The translations under genes and the position numbers were made by a program. Positions 24,512 to 38,029 of a DNA stretch of 64,000 bases are shown in pieces (the stretch's first letter is position 1; every line of letters starts with the position of its first letter). The stretch spans positions 124,001-188,000 of the forward strand of contig JAYWIR010000079.1 in the NCBI GenBank assembly GCA_036172245.1, read 5' to 3'. Source of the DNA: Raillietiella orientalis. Taxonomy: Eukaryota. Below the pieces are notes generated by a model. It was not told the origin of the DNA. It worked only from the letters and a program-made list of their open reading frames with translations, and did no database searches.

Positions 24512-27500
24512 AAGATATGCAGATTTATTCTATTGCACACATCGAATCCAGATAAACAGTGAAGTGAGTTGTATGCAAGGCATTCAGCATTCGAACCGGT
24601 GCTGACGTACGCTGAAATAAAAAAGGGTTGGCATTGCATGATCATGATGTACACAATGCTTCCTTATTTTCTCAGTACTTGTGACAGCTTTCCAGACGTA
24701 CAGGGTAAGCCATCCACTCGGAAAAGTGACGGATTCATATAGAAACATAAATGCACGCTCACTGTGTCTTTATTTAAATCACAGTAAATTTGCGTATCTT
24801 TTTGAGCAAAGTTCCTTTTTCTTCCTACTACGAAAAGGTATTTCAAGTATTTGTATGATAGTTCTCTCAAGGTGGCACAAAAGCAGATTCCCTTTTCTTG
24901 TGCCCTTTGCAGCACATGTCATACCCAGATGTACAGACCGCATCACAAACTTTGGTCCTAAACAGAATTGGCACCAAATCACGCAATCACTTCGGACTTT
25001 GGATAAGCACTTAGCACTCATAAGCAGTAAAATGAGCAACGAAGAGAGTGCAGTGTGCCTGCATTCGAAAGACATTTGTCGAGTGTGCAGCAAGCAAGCA
25101 AACAAACTGATGGAATGAGAGAGCTGCCAACCCAAAATATGGGTCTGTGTACTCGAAACAAGATCCGTGAAGTACGTACCATCATAGGATAGGCATGAAA
25201 ATCAAGCCTCTGTGAAAAGGAAAAAAAACAGTAATAACCCATAGAGTTGGTTCCTTACTCATCAAATGTTGGGCGATCTTTAGTACTCACAGCAGCGCAT
25301 CATCCGTGTACTTCAGGACCTCGACTTCATCACAGGAAGCACAGCAGTTGGATTGGAATAATCTGTTTTTCAAGCACCACTCATTCCCGAATGCAAACAA
25401 AGAAACAAATGTGTGTCAGAAAGCATAAATATGCAGAAAAGATCATTACAGCAATGCCATGAAGATCCATCTGGCACTTGGAACAACGTGGAAACTGCAG
25501 ATCAACCATTCTAATTCTAAAGTTGAAAGCATCCTTATGAGAATCATCAGCAAGAATGCTTGTGCTGAAGGCAAAGACATCACATCAGCGTACAAGCAGT
25601 TTGGGAAATCAACAGGAAAAGATCAGATCTCCTTCAGTACAAAACACGTTCGTACTAGGCAGCGGCCTGATGGCATTCATGATGATCCGGGGGAATCGTA
25701 CTCGGTGAGGAATACCGACTTCCTTTTGCATGAGGGAATTTTTCAAAAGCATTGAAGCAATTCGTTTAATTTAGGGGAAAGTGGCAGCGCGGTTATATCG
25801 GAATATATGGTTGATCCAATTACGAAACTGGTATAAAATAAAGCAGTAGGAAGCCATCATAGCCGGAGGGGAAAAGAAAAAAGGTTAAAGAATGCTGATT
25901 CTAAAGATAGTTTCAAACACGAAAATAATCGTCTTTGTGGAAGGACTTCTCAGCTGCTGTCAGTGATCGGGATGCTATTTTCGTGGCAACCACACTGTTT
26001 TGCAAATGCTGTTTCTCTGGTTTTTGATCCAGTTCGGGTTGATTACTGCTTCCACATGCTGCTTTCCAAGCAGTTTCTTCTGCATGCATTCCGTCTGGAT
26101 AATTGTTATCAGTTGATTTTATCCTGAAAAACTTTTGGATTGGGCCCTGCCGTAACGCCTCCGAAGAAAAGGAAGCCAAACCAATTTTCATTAAAATACA
26201 TCCATTCTAGTTAAATTTCCGACTCTTCGTATGGGAGCATTTTTTCACCATGTCCAAGCAGCGGCGACAAGCCCAGAACCATCTATTTATGCGATGGAAT
26301 GCGTGTTTATGCTCCAAGTTGCATTTCTAACTCGCAGGCTATGCCCGTTGTTTTTTCTTTCTGTGTGTGTATGTTGCTCCAGATGGCCTAGGCGGGATCT
26401 GGATATCTTAGAATGGCTGATTTTCATAACTTGTTTCAAATTGCGCAAGAACGTCTCATGCTTTTTTGGCTGCACAACCACTGTGCCATTAATTGGCAAC
26501 ACTTTAGATTTGAACACTTATCTAATCTATGGGCGGCATGATGTTCTTGAAGGAAAACGACGAGTCTTCATGTTTTCCTCTTATTCGAGAGGATGTTTCT
26601 TTAGCTCTCGTTCACCCCGCAGGAGCTTTTCCTTCAATTCCCTCTGCTCTGTTCCCACCCCACCCCCACCCCCGCAAAAGCAGCTCTCACGTTATTGGCT
26701 ACTGCAAACTTTCCAAAATCGTCGAAATTTAAAGCCAAACTATTCTTTCCCTTCAAGATTTGAAGACCTCTCGATCTCTTGTGAGGTTCTCTTTCCACCT
26801 GGGAAGTCAGGAAAATAACGTCCTTGCTCACCTGCTCTTGATTTTTCGACTTTCATGAGTTCCTGTGTGACCTTCACGTCTCTGCTGTCTTTTCTAGAAA
26901 GGGGGTGGGAGCGCTGACGAAACAGAATCCAGAATGGGGAATGTTTTGGCATGCAACGATCCTGTACATTGAACATATAGGGGAGGGGCACAAAAAAAGG
27001 AGGGGGAAGGAATCTGAATTGGAATTGATAATGGAGTCTTCTTTCAAAGAAAAAAAAAAAAAAAAAACTAGGAGCGAGAAGTTAGACTTTCATCCGCTAG
27101 CAAGCTCTAGAAGGACCACGTTAGCTGCATTTTATTTTTTTGCTTCTACGTCCTACTAGACTCCACGAAAAGGGGAGAACCAAGATCTTGCAGGTGGATC
27201 GCTCCAGCTTTTATTTTCCTAAAACGAGCTTACAATTAATTTCAGCACACCGATGAATAATTTAAACTTTCGAGTTGTAGATTCACTAGGAACGCTTCCA
27301 AGGACGATTCCTCTTATTCATCCGTCAATCTGATAGGTACAAACCCGTTATTACAATGCAGTTGCTGTTTACAGCATTATGTAATACTCCATATCTTTAT
27401 GGAGGTCATAAAATAAGAGCACATTCCAATTTCTTTCCTTAGAAGATAAGCAGAAATGTTGCATAAAATGCGAAAAATTGTAATATGTATTTGATTAAAT

Positions 27501-28490
27501 GTTGGTCGGTTAATTACATGCATCCTCACATGGTGTGATACAAGTTAATGTCCTTTGTTCCATTAAGTTAAAGACGTTTATGCTTTCATGTACGGCCATC
27601 GAGCAGAACAGAGACTCATGTTTGAGCTCCTTTCTTTCCGGTTATCACCATTTCTGTTTCGGAAATGCTCGTGTTCCAGCCAGATTGGTTCGACGATGAT
27701 CAGAAGATACTAAAAGGGAAGCTAACCAAGCGCTCGGAAAAGGCAAGCTTTTACACTTACCTGAGTACCGCACCGCAGATCTCTGTTTCCTGAAGCGTTC
27801 CCTTCCCCATCAGCTGAGATCTGGCAGTCTTGTCGGACTCTTTCAGCGTCCCTGACGGATGTGGCATTAGAGAACATGAGCGGCCTGATCGAATTCCTCT
27901 CCACTGGGAGCAGGCTATCATTACAAGAATAGTTTGTCAATGAGTCAGCAGGTCAGTCCCAAAACGAACGACAAGGCAAAGGCGTAGCAGACATTAGAGT
28001 GGACACATAGAGAACACATCGAAGTTTCAAAGTGAACAGAAGAAGTTCCAAGAGACTTCAGTTAGCTTCCCATTATGTGGGAATAAACTTCCTCTTCTAA
28101 GCAATCAATCACCTTTGCATGGGGGAAGAGGAAGAAGATTTCAAAGAAGCTGTGTTTTTAGTCTGTGCCATCGCCGTATGCAGTCCAAATCCTAGGATAA
28201 TTCGCTCTTACCGTATGTCCATGAGAAGCTTTCTTAGTTTTCATCAGAGTCTCTTGCCGAACCTCAGTAGCATTCTGCGTCGGTTGCATGGGAAGCAGTT
28301 AAACAGCCCTCAAGAGGTGCACAAAGGTGAGGCCTTTCCTGACCCGAGAAGCGGTGCGTGCACGGACATGGATGAGGCAGAAAAAGAAATAAACTGTCTT
28401 CTCCCAAATGTTTTTCAGAAACTTTGGTCCCCTCTTCTTTTTACTTGTCTGCCTCGGAGACATTAGGTCTTCTGACACTACTGCTGTCCT

Positions 28491-28514
28491 ATCATCATCA
28501 TCATCATCATCATC
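28491..28514. repeat. (TCA)n microsatellite
   Basis: About 8 perfect trinucleotide units. Confidence 0.9.
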
Positions 28515-29479
28515 TAGGCAAATGGATCACCATCTGCCTAGATGGACTGTACGTGGACATGGACTGGGCGAGGAAAAACTTCAAGGGACCCACGCCAACC
28601 GGACCGATGTGGAGATCTCAGGAGAGTTGTTCTCCGTCCCCTTCTCTCAACTTTTCATCTTCCAAGCTTCCTGTCGCTGCGGAGTCCGGAGTCCAATCTT
28701 CCCCTGCTCAGAAATTCAGAAAATGGCGTGTGCCCGGAGCCCCATCGTTGCTTGCAGGTACTCATGAGACGGTCGGCACCGCTCCTCACTTCGAATGGCG
28801 GTGAACTACCATGATGCTGATGAAGCAACTGCAGAGCTGGAGCATATGGAGCAGAACGAATGAGCCACCGCGGAGTAGAAGCGGGCAAGACATCGGGGGT
28901 TTCGGATGCTAATCAGAAGAGATGAAAAGCGCGTACTGACCGTGAAGGGAAAGAAGCTCTATGACAAGAGCGCCTGATCACGGGGCACAAAAAAGAAAAA
29001 AAGGGGAAAAAGGAAGGAAGCAGGGAGAACGAGTTTCCTGGAAAAAAAAAAAACTTCATCCCTTCCGGAAATAAACAAAGTAGATGATTGCATGCAAAAC
29101 TGCTTGCATGTTTTAACATGGCATAAAGACAGCGACAATTGCAGAGATTATGTACGTTCACGTAAAATCAAGGAGAAACTGTACAAAGAATGATTGCCTG
29201 GAGATACAGAGTTGCTTTGCGTGCATCTTGAAAATAGGAGATCCCTTCCTTCGTATGCAGGTGGCAGCAAAGGCGACTAGTCGGAAGCTCAGATGCGAAC
29301 ACGGTGCTGGCATGAAATACGTCGTTCTCTGAGGAGGATGAATAAGCGGTGGCTTCGAGGTTGCCATCGAGGTTTCACAGATGGGAATCAAAGGACGCCA
29401 TCTGAGGTCCCGCTAGCTCAAGCAGTGTCAGTAATCAAGTCGGCGGCTGCGTGACGTATGCAACCTGCTGTTTTAGTGC

Positions 29480-30820
29480 TTAACCTCCCAAGGCTCCGGA
29501 GAGACTCAGCCCAGATCAGCAAGAGCAGATCGAGATCCCAGAGAGCGAGAGAATTCGTGAAAATCTTCTGAAATCGTAAAGATCACCCACTTGAAATGCT
29601 TGGAGGTATTAGTGAGCACGGATCCGAAAGAATTTTCTGGGAAGAGAAAAAACGGATGAGCAAGAGCGCAGGAATGCTTCCGAGTTTATTCCCAGTAAGA
29701 AATGCGGAACGCATCTGCAAGGAGCTGAACGGGGATCGGGGATCGGTGGAACGATGATATGGATCCTACGCAAATCAGGTTTGAGGGTTCCTGCGGTCTG
29801 AAAGGAGCAAGAATAAATTTGTCTTCTCAAACGACGTCCAATTTGTCCTACATTGGCACTGTATGATACGCAATCGCAGCTTTCACGTTCTTAGGAAGAT
29901 TCGTTGGATGTAAGAAAAAAAATTGAAGCGATCAATCAGCGATCAATCACTGAATGGACGAAAGACAGGATTGCAGTCTTAGAAGGTGCTATGAGATCGA
30001 TCTGTTCTCACTGAAGAGGGATTCAATTAAAAGTTCGTTAAATTACATGTAATTAAAAGTGTATTGAAGAACTTGCAGGAAAAATGCCGAGATCTTGGGA
30101 CCCTTCTGAGGTCTCAAGGGATTCTAGACCAGAACCCCCAAAGTACCTCCATAGCAGTGATTCATTATGAGCCGGCGACAACATGAGAACGAAGTTACCT
30201 CTCTGCAGCTCATCATAAACTCAGATACAACATTATCCAGGAGAAAATTTTATTTCCCTTATTAAGAAAATCTGCTTCATTTTACTCAAGGCAAGGGTGC
30301 TGCTTTTGATGTGCAGTCCTTGATACTACAAGGGAAATTCTCGATCACGAAAAAGAGGATGGGAAGGTCTGCTACTTCAGAACACACGGCGCGGTTTCAG
30401 ATTCCAATTCGCGGTGAGAAGCGTTCCCAAGATGACCACCAATAGATCGTCCAAAATTAAAGATTCCGAAACTTCTTCAGTGGTGAGGATGCATTTCCAA
30501 CATGTGATCATCTTAAATTTACCAATCGTCGACTGCAGGAGCAGTCTAAAGCAGGTGCTGGGAAATGCTTCAGCAGACATCCGTAGAGATTTGTACTTCG
30601 GTAACAAAATTAAAAAGAAAATGAGAGGTTCAAGGAGGCAGCTACTTTTGCAAGTGGGAAACTCGGAATTGCTGAAACTTCCTCCGAAATTCCGCATTCT
30701 TCGGAAGCATTTGTAACTTGTAAGGTGAATGAGGATACGCACTTTCGTAAGCATGCTACAAGACACCTTGGAAGAATAGTGAGAATCCATAAATGTCTTG
30801 GAGGATTAATCTCGTGGAGG
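29480..30820 (-). mobile_element. Decayed LINE ORF2 (RT to zf-RVT)
   Basis: GSFSNSEF...SCLLEPLIFFLILLP (QGCPLSPLLF-like), FPL*YQGL (KYLG-like), PDPRSAPCRCVPHFLL (zf-RVT-like). Confidence 0.45.
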
Positions 30821-32580
30821 CAGATCCCCCCTTTTTCCCCATGGAAGGTGTATTGAGTGTATCAACGTGAACTGTTATCTGTACTGTTATCTATCGTACT
30901 CACTATAAAAAAGTACACAAGATGCGATGTTGTTGGTGTAAGACGTCGCCAAGCGCAATTGATTGAAGCCTCTTTCTTGATGTATGTTATCTCGATATAC
31001 ACTTCCTAGAATTGCTGTTCAGCTGAGATGCGGTTTTTGAAGAACGAAGAAGCCAGTTTCATCCTGCCAAAATGCATGCATCCATTGAGGGGAGAGTGCG
31101 GTGTGTTACCTTCCGAGGAAAGCACTTTGGAAAGGATGCTGGCCGAACTACATCCTCCATACGTCCACAAGTATCACGCAAAAGCATGTCATCTGAGTTC
31201 AGCTAATCGCAGCTCTTAATTCAACAGACTTGGTATTTAAGATGTCAGTGTATGCACGACTCGAGGAGAAGCATTTTTTAAAAGGTAGCACACTGCATTC
31301 ACCCACAAAATATGCAAAGAATCTCAACTACGACTGCGTGCCAAGGAGTGAAGAATCCGACCTTGATTATGGTTCGATGCGTTACTAACTGCAGCAGTAA
31401 CTAATAGGTTTGTGTGATTGTTGGTTCACGTTTGAGTGTGCAAAGCTTGAAATAAGGCTGATTGCTTCCTGAGTGCCTTCTGGATAGCAGGGTTAATGGA
31501 AGTTTCGAGATAACTGCTAGATGCCATTCAATGGCAAACGATAAGCAAGAATGCGTGCTTATCATTCTCTAATGCGTGCTCAATACCGTGATTGTTTCAT
31601 ACAAGGAAGAATAGGAGAACTGACGTTACGGGATAGGTACAGGCATCATTCCTGTTCGGTTCCCTGATAGTTGGTTTGGTTTCCTAGGTTGGAAGTTTGA
31701 AACTGAAAGGAGGAACGAATGCAGGAGCCGATTCAAGTCGAGCCTGCAGTTCACTTCAGCTTTGCAGTTTCGCTTCTGTTGCCCTCGTCTCAGTCTCTCC
31801 CTTTGATCTCCAGGCCACGTGCACTGCTTTGAGCACGTCTCATGTCCTGTTTCTATCAGTGGATCTCTGCATACAAACGGGAAGGAACTCAGGAAAAGAA
31901 CCTGGGGTACGCCTCCTAAAAGGCGTGAATTTTACCTTCCATTTCTTTTCTCATTCGTATTCTTCCATTCGATCCCGCGATATGAGGTTCATCCATTTCT
32001 GTTCTGTTCCGGGTACATGATCTGTAAGGAGTGCTTTCATTTGCGAGGAGAAACAAAACGTACCGCTCTATGGAGCAGGATATGGTGCAAACCATCAGAA
32101 AGAGAAATGCAACATTCAAGGCAGTGTACCTTGGAACGGTCAGGAACGCAATGATGACCTCTTGGTAATTTATTGAAGTTCCGAAAGGTAGGTGGGTAAT
32201 CATTTCAGAAGAATCCAAAGTTTACTAAAATTAGCGACATATTGCATTATTCTATTCCATTAAGTTCAGAGATAAGAGATGTCAGGAAAAAAAAAATATT
32301 TAATGAGATAAGTGAGAGAAAGGTGAGGATATCGGTTCTATCAAAGTTCCTTGCTCTTTACGTGATTTCCAAGCTGAAGGAATCGTCCACCTCAAGGTGG
32401 TGCACAACTAGTCGTGTCTTCTTTTCAATTCACACCTGGGATTTCGTTCCTTTGAATCAGAGGTTCGACCTTTTCCAGCGTTCATTATGCTTAGGCATGC
32501 AGTTAGCGGATGTTGCAGTCCAACGCCTGATCTGATCTCCTAATGATCAGAAAACACATAATCGTCACTTCTGCAGGTTG

Positions 32581-33300
32581 TTTCCCACCCGGGTGCGCCG
32601 GGGCGTTTATTACTAAACTATCCGGGAACAGGGTTCCCGGACTAAGGACACAGAAAAACGAATGGAGGGATCCCCGACACGCAGGTCAGTAAACCGACCT
32701 GCGTGTTGCAGGTTGTCGTGAACATGCGCAACCAACCTGTGCAATCGAGTTTCCAGGATCGTTAGAAGGACAATATTAAATTACAAATGGCAAAATAAGG
32801 GACGAGTGGTAACCAGATGGAGGAGCTGAATAGTCTAAAAGGACCAAGGGAAAATCAGATACAAAGATTGTCGGAAGAGTAGGACGAGAGAAGCAGTGAA
32901 GGAAGGCGGACAGTCCACCTCATCTCTTTCCCAAGAAGAGGTTTTCATAAAAATACATCAAGGACATCAGAAATGCATTTATGGTGAACTTTCTGACCAT
33001 TTTATTAACAGGAGACTGCGAAAGGAAAAGGGGCATTTTTTGGAAGAATTCAATGATTCAAGTCAAGGAGAATTTAACGAATGCAGCGTTGGGATCAACT
33101 CCGAAATTCGACACTATGAAAACGGTCGCTAAGAGAAATTTTCCAAGAGTCATCCCAACGTTAATCCAATCTTTTGACGAACGTGGAGATTTTCTAAATA
33201 TCATCAGAAAGGTAGATGATGTTTTCAAAGTCCTTAGTTGGCAGAATTGGATTGGGTCGTCAAGTTTCCACAGTCATAATTATGGACATAGAAAATCCAC
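32581..33300 (-). mobile_element. LINE 3' end (diverged copy) with terminal stem-loop
   Basis: Reverse complement reads AATAAACGC-CCCGG-CGCAC-CCGGG-TGGGAAA at 32581-32611; perfect 11-bp hairpin at 32677-32706; eroded zf-RVT-like remnant near 33050-33110. Confidence 0.55.
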
Positions 33301-33849
33301 GCGTCACCAATAACAACTAATCCAACGTACTTACGTTATATGATAAGTATCTTCATTTAAACTAAACTGCATAAGTGAATGAAATGAAATGAAATTTTTT
33401 ACACGTAGCACTCTAAAATAATCAAGTCAGTTCTTCTCCGTCCTTGTTGTCCATCCTTGATTTCATTTGCTACGATTTAGAATTAAATTTTACGATTGCT
33501 TTCGATACTTGTTCGTCCACTCAATTGCTGTTCAAAACGGTAGGAAGAGATAACAGCGAGGATGCAAAGGAATGTGACCTCTGACTCAAGATGAGCGAGG
33601 GAAGGGATGTTACATCTTGGAGTTCAAGAACAAATCTTATCTACAACCTAAAATGGGAGCCACACCTTGCTAGTTCAATTTTCCAGGAGGAAACATCAGC
33701 GTCGAACTTGCAGAGTAGAATCCAAGATATTTCTGGTTAGAGTTCCTCCAGAAGAACTCGTTGTAATTTCTTCTGTCTCCCAAGTGAAACTGACATTTCC
33801 TGGATCTGGGGACACTCTGTAATCCAGAAATCGATCAGACTCTGATTAT

Positions 33850-34900
33850 CGATGAGCTCCTACGGGGACATTCATCTGGATGCGCGGCTTCTGTTTCGTT
33901 CCTCCTTGCTCTGAGTGAGTGAAAATACCAGCTGTGACCATTGGCTGTGAGCTACCCGTTGAATCTGCCGATCCGGAAAACCCCACTTCCATCATCACGC
34001 CACTTGAATTATCAAGCACAAGGAAGGAGGGAGGGAGGGAGAAGAAGATTGAAGCCATTGTGTTCGCACTAGGTGCAAAGGGACAGCAGCATTTTGCGCA
34101 GTTGCCTCTATGTCCAAGGTCAATCCTTTCTTCCAAGGAGTGCGCCTCGAGGAAATACGAGAAGGTACGTCCCCTCGCCCCATCTCTTTCCCATTTAGGC
34201 AACTTAAGACAGATTGGAAAAAGCTCTGTTTGCCTTCAGGAGTCTGAAAGTTGCCGAGCGAGAAACACGTTGCTCTCGTTGCTTGAGAGGGTGACCTTGC
34301 TTTCGTGATGCCGGAAGGAGAGCAGGATCCCCATTTCACTCCCGGGCGCCTGCTGTCTCCCCTTCCCCACTGCTTTGGAGCGCCTTGCGCCCATGCTTTG
34401 CTCTTGCTAAACGCAAAGCCGTGCTTCAAAAATCCGAAGAATTCATCCAGGTCCTCTTACGCACACCCCTGCTGGAAGCTGCTCTCCCGTTGAAGTTCCT
34501 TACCATTCAGGGCACGTTTAGGCAGCCTCGCGACGGTCTCTCCTTGTCTCACTGCTTCGTTTCCTTTTCTCAGTCGAAGCTCTCACTTCAGCTGCTCGTG
34601 GGCGGGTGATGAAATCCACTTGATCGATGAGAAGTGAAGGCAAGAACGACGGAAGATTCTGTCTGAGAAAAGACGGCGTTCTCTGGCAAGCAAGAGAACG
34701 CTTTCCTCCTCTGTTCTCTGTCTCCCTTTTGAACAAGGGAGAATGGGAAACTGCGTCCTGCACAAGACGAAGGACTCTCGACCTCCAGAGGAGAGTTATC
34801 CCTCTCAAGCTAGAGTTTTCTGGATTCCTTACTTCGACTCAGATTCATCCATATTGATGATGATCGGACTGCCAAGATGTGTCGGGAAGATGTGAGACAT
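33850..34900 (-). mobile_element. Decayed LINE ORF1-end/APE endonuclease fragment
   Basis: KQWGRG...MGILL and PEGKQSFFQSVL resemble APE N-terminal motifs; frameshifted. Confidence 0.4.
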
Positions 34901-35049
34901 CAGAGTTTTATGGCAACGTGAGCGCATCATAGCCGATGAGGAAGTATCAAACGTGCTCCACAGCTGAAGCAGAGATCAGGCGTGTCTAAGATTACTATCC
35001 CTTCCTAAAGTGATAATGCTGCTCATAGATACTCCAGATCCTTCCTGAA

Positions 35050-36695
35050 GTGCGGCTTTCCAGCTTTCCATTCATTGGCAAAATCTCCCATCAAACTGAG
35101 AGCAGCTGGCTGGCAGTTCCAAAGTTTCAAGTGCAGGAAACAGAGCTCAGCAAGGTGCAGTTTCCGTTCCACGGATGCGGCCACGAATACGGGGATCTAA
35201 GATTTCGTTTCGGAAGAAAGGGTTCCCCCCTCAAAATAAACAAACAAACAGCCCCTGGACGTACTGTGAAGCATCTCTGTGGCATTTTATGTTACCTGGG
35301 AAAAATCTGAGTGCTCTCCGGTCATCATGTTCCAGGAGGGAGCCGTTATCTCTGTCTCTTCTTTAGATGAAAGAGGTTTCTGCTGGAAGTCAGCCTCTGG
35401 GTGGAGATGTTTCTGGAAGATTCGCATCCCTGATGTGGCTTTTGGAATTCCCCTTTCTGGGAAAGCGGTCAGTAGAGAAACCGGATGGGCGGCAGGAGAA
35501 AGAATCCTGGGCAGCACAAGGGGTGTTCCAGGGTACGCAGCGGAAAATTCTGACTCTGAAAAGCTGCAGCTTCGTAAGGAGCGAACATTCCTCCCTGGTT
35601 CAAGATTTACGTATGAGATGCCAGCTTTTGCGTGAGACACTCCACTCCACTTCGAGGCGTTCACGTTTTTGCTCACCATCCGCTGCCAAGAAATATTTCA
35701 TCACCTTCGCTCCTTGCTAAATGTGAGCTCTCCTTCGCAACTAGCTAAATGTCCTGCAGGACTGTTCGAGGTGGTCTCGGATAGCCGTCACCCCTTGCAG
35801 CAGCGATGTCTGCCCTGAGGGGAAATAACGACAGTAGCCTACCGGCTGGATGGGAGTTCTCATACACCACTGCAGGAGTTAAGCTCCGGGACAGCTGGAC
35901 AACAAGCGAGCTGGTACCCGCCACTCGTTCCCGGAAGAAGGGACTTCTTTGGCGGAGCGAGCTTCTGAATATATCCCCCGAAAGACTTGTTTCCCCTTCG
36001 CATCTGGACACTTCGGTGTTCCCTTCGAGATGAAAACAGGACGTGCTGCTGTTTTTGCACTGGGGTTTCCCGTGCAACTAGCGCAGGAACCTAGTTTCCT
36101 CAGGAGCCGGATCTCCATCCCCGAAATGTTCCAGATGCGGGAGCGAATGAATCGTTCCTTCGCCTGCTTTTGGACTGCGTTGCCATCCACCACCTGTGGC
36201 GAAGGCAGTGTCCAGAGCTCCTGTTTCTGGAGGACACTGCAAACGACTTTCTACGGCGATTCTTCGCGCGCGGCGGACCCTCTTTAGGCGACCTGCTTGC
36301 CTCCTTGCCATCGTCGCAGCACGCCATGCGCTGGAGTCTCGGGCTCAGCGAAGGGAGATCTCCCGCTTGGCAGCCGCCCACGTTGAGACTTCTTCCTGGT
36401 GAGGTTGCGAGGCGAGGCCTCACCAAGAAGAAGTCGAGTCAGAGATCGCGGGCATTCCAATCCCGTTCTGAGCAAGAAGCAGTGGCCCTCTCAAAGACTC
36501 CTGTCCCATCTTTCCTTCCTTCATTCCATTTGTTGCCCCCTTTCCCTCCCGCTCTTGACTTCCCAGTAACCAACCTGCATCTCGGTGGATCCCCCCTTTG
36601 AATTTCTTCTTATTGTTTTTACTTTTGGGGACTGCGTTCCCAACACGTTTGTTTCTTTCTTTAAATAAACTCCTCAGCGTGACCAGGTGGGAAAC
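35050..36695 (+). mobile_element. L1/Tx1-type LINE 3' half (post-RT, zf-RVT, 3'UTR)
   Basis: RTVRGGLG at ~35760; LFLHWGFPC...PKCSRCGSE...LLLDCVAIHHLW; ends AATAAAC..CAGCGTGACCAGGTGGGAAA. Confidence 0.7.
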
Positions 36696-36699
36696 TTCC

Positions 36700-37843
36700 C
36701 GCAGCATGGGAAGTGGGTGGGCTGGAAAAGGATGAGCTGCAATCGATCTGCAGCGAAGGAAAAGAGGTTCCTTGCCGTTGATTCATGCCAGGATCCGAAT
36801 GGAGAGAGATTTACGACCCCCACTCTCGAGTTTCCATTATGTCGCTTCCGGACTTCAGATGTTCCACTTCGCTTCACAAGAAGGCGTTCTCCTCCTGCCT
36901 GTGAAGTCCAATCTTGGTCTCCTTGACATCGTCTTTTTTTTTCTTCTTCCCATTTGAGTTTTCTTTTTTTTTGGTTCGCTAAGTACCTCAACAGCTGGTC
37001 GCGTGTCTCACGGCTCACGTGATTTTTTAACACTGTTGTTCCACGCCACCCTACCTGCGGCCACCCGCAGGGGATGCGTGTAATTCTTCAGGAAAGGGGG
37101 CACCTCGAGAGGTGGTCCTCCCTATGAATCCAGGAAGGGCTAGGAGTCCGTTCCTCTCACACTTGGGGAAGGCTCGCACCGGCCACCCTAGTTGTCTCCG
37201 AAGGGGAACCCCAAAGGCAATCTCCTTCCTCATTTTCTCCGGAGGGGCACCCCCAGGAGGGGGGTTCCTCTCCATTTCATCTTCTCCGAAAGGAACTCTC
37301 AAGGGAACCGCTCCTGTTCACTCCTCTGAAGCGAACCCCGAAAAGACGCTCCCGAAATTCAGAAAGGGAGCTGCTTCCCCGCAGGGGGATCATTCTCGCT
37401 TGCTTCCTTGCACTCTCTGGAGAGGCGGTGACGCACCTGCTCCGTAGCACGACTCGGAGAGTTTCTCCCGCAACGGGGGTTCCACTCCTTTAACAACTGG
37501 AGAGGTGCCTGTGAAGGTTCCTGCTCAATCTTGAACGAACCGAAGGAGTTCCCCCGATGTGGGGGTCCTCTCTCCGTTGTACGACCGGACGGGGAACTCC
37601 CCACTCCTTGATTCCTGGAAGGATCCGAAGGTCGACTCCCACTGTTCCGGCCTTCATCGGAGGTCCCCGGTTTTTACCGCTACCGATGCTGCACCCGAAT
37701 GTTTGTAGACCAACCAGCACCATCTTGCAGGAGAAACTCGGAACCCAACGACGCAGTGGCGTCAGTTTCTGCGGGAGTATTCGATCCCGTGACGCATGGT
37801 ACCAATCGCGGAATCCTTAACCACAAAGCCTCCGACGCGGGCA
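36700..37843 (-). mobile_element. 5' portion of the L1/Tx1-type element: tRNA-like head, 5' region, start of APE endonuclease
   Basis: Head GCCCGCGTCGGAGGCTTTGTGGTTAAGG...GGGATCGAATAC; body homologous to 18890-19620 and 48580-49340; ends in NLFSFAADRLQLILFQPTH (LQETH-like), truncated where it meets the opposite-strand copy. Confidence 0.65.
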
Positions 37844-38029
37844 CATTCTTCCCATTTGAGAGTCACTCTGAAGGTACTCTAGAAGTTTTCTGCCTTCTCC
37901 CTTTTTGAGAAAAGGGGGATTCAGAGGACAAATTCCTCAACGTAGTGACTTCAAACTCCTTGGAAGCTGCTACTGAACGGACTGGAAGTTTCGTACGGGA
38001 GGAGTTTCCTTCTGACATGAAAGGGGCTT

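Noticed and set aside
24780..25150. Cys-rich frames resembling a phlebovirus Gn end (CRHTALSS, minus) or a PHD finger (DICRVCSK, plus)
   Set aside because: The two readings are short and mutually exclusive, with no supporting flanking motifs; needs a translated search.
26230..26990. Possible LINE RT remnant (KSKVLPING, minus)
   Set aside because: Only one weak motif.
28424..28804. Poly-His ORF and possible LTR-retrotransposon remnant
   Set aside because: The His run comes from a (TCA)n microsatellite; no convincing RT, RNase H or integrase motifs and no LTRs seen.
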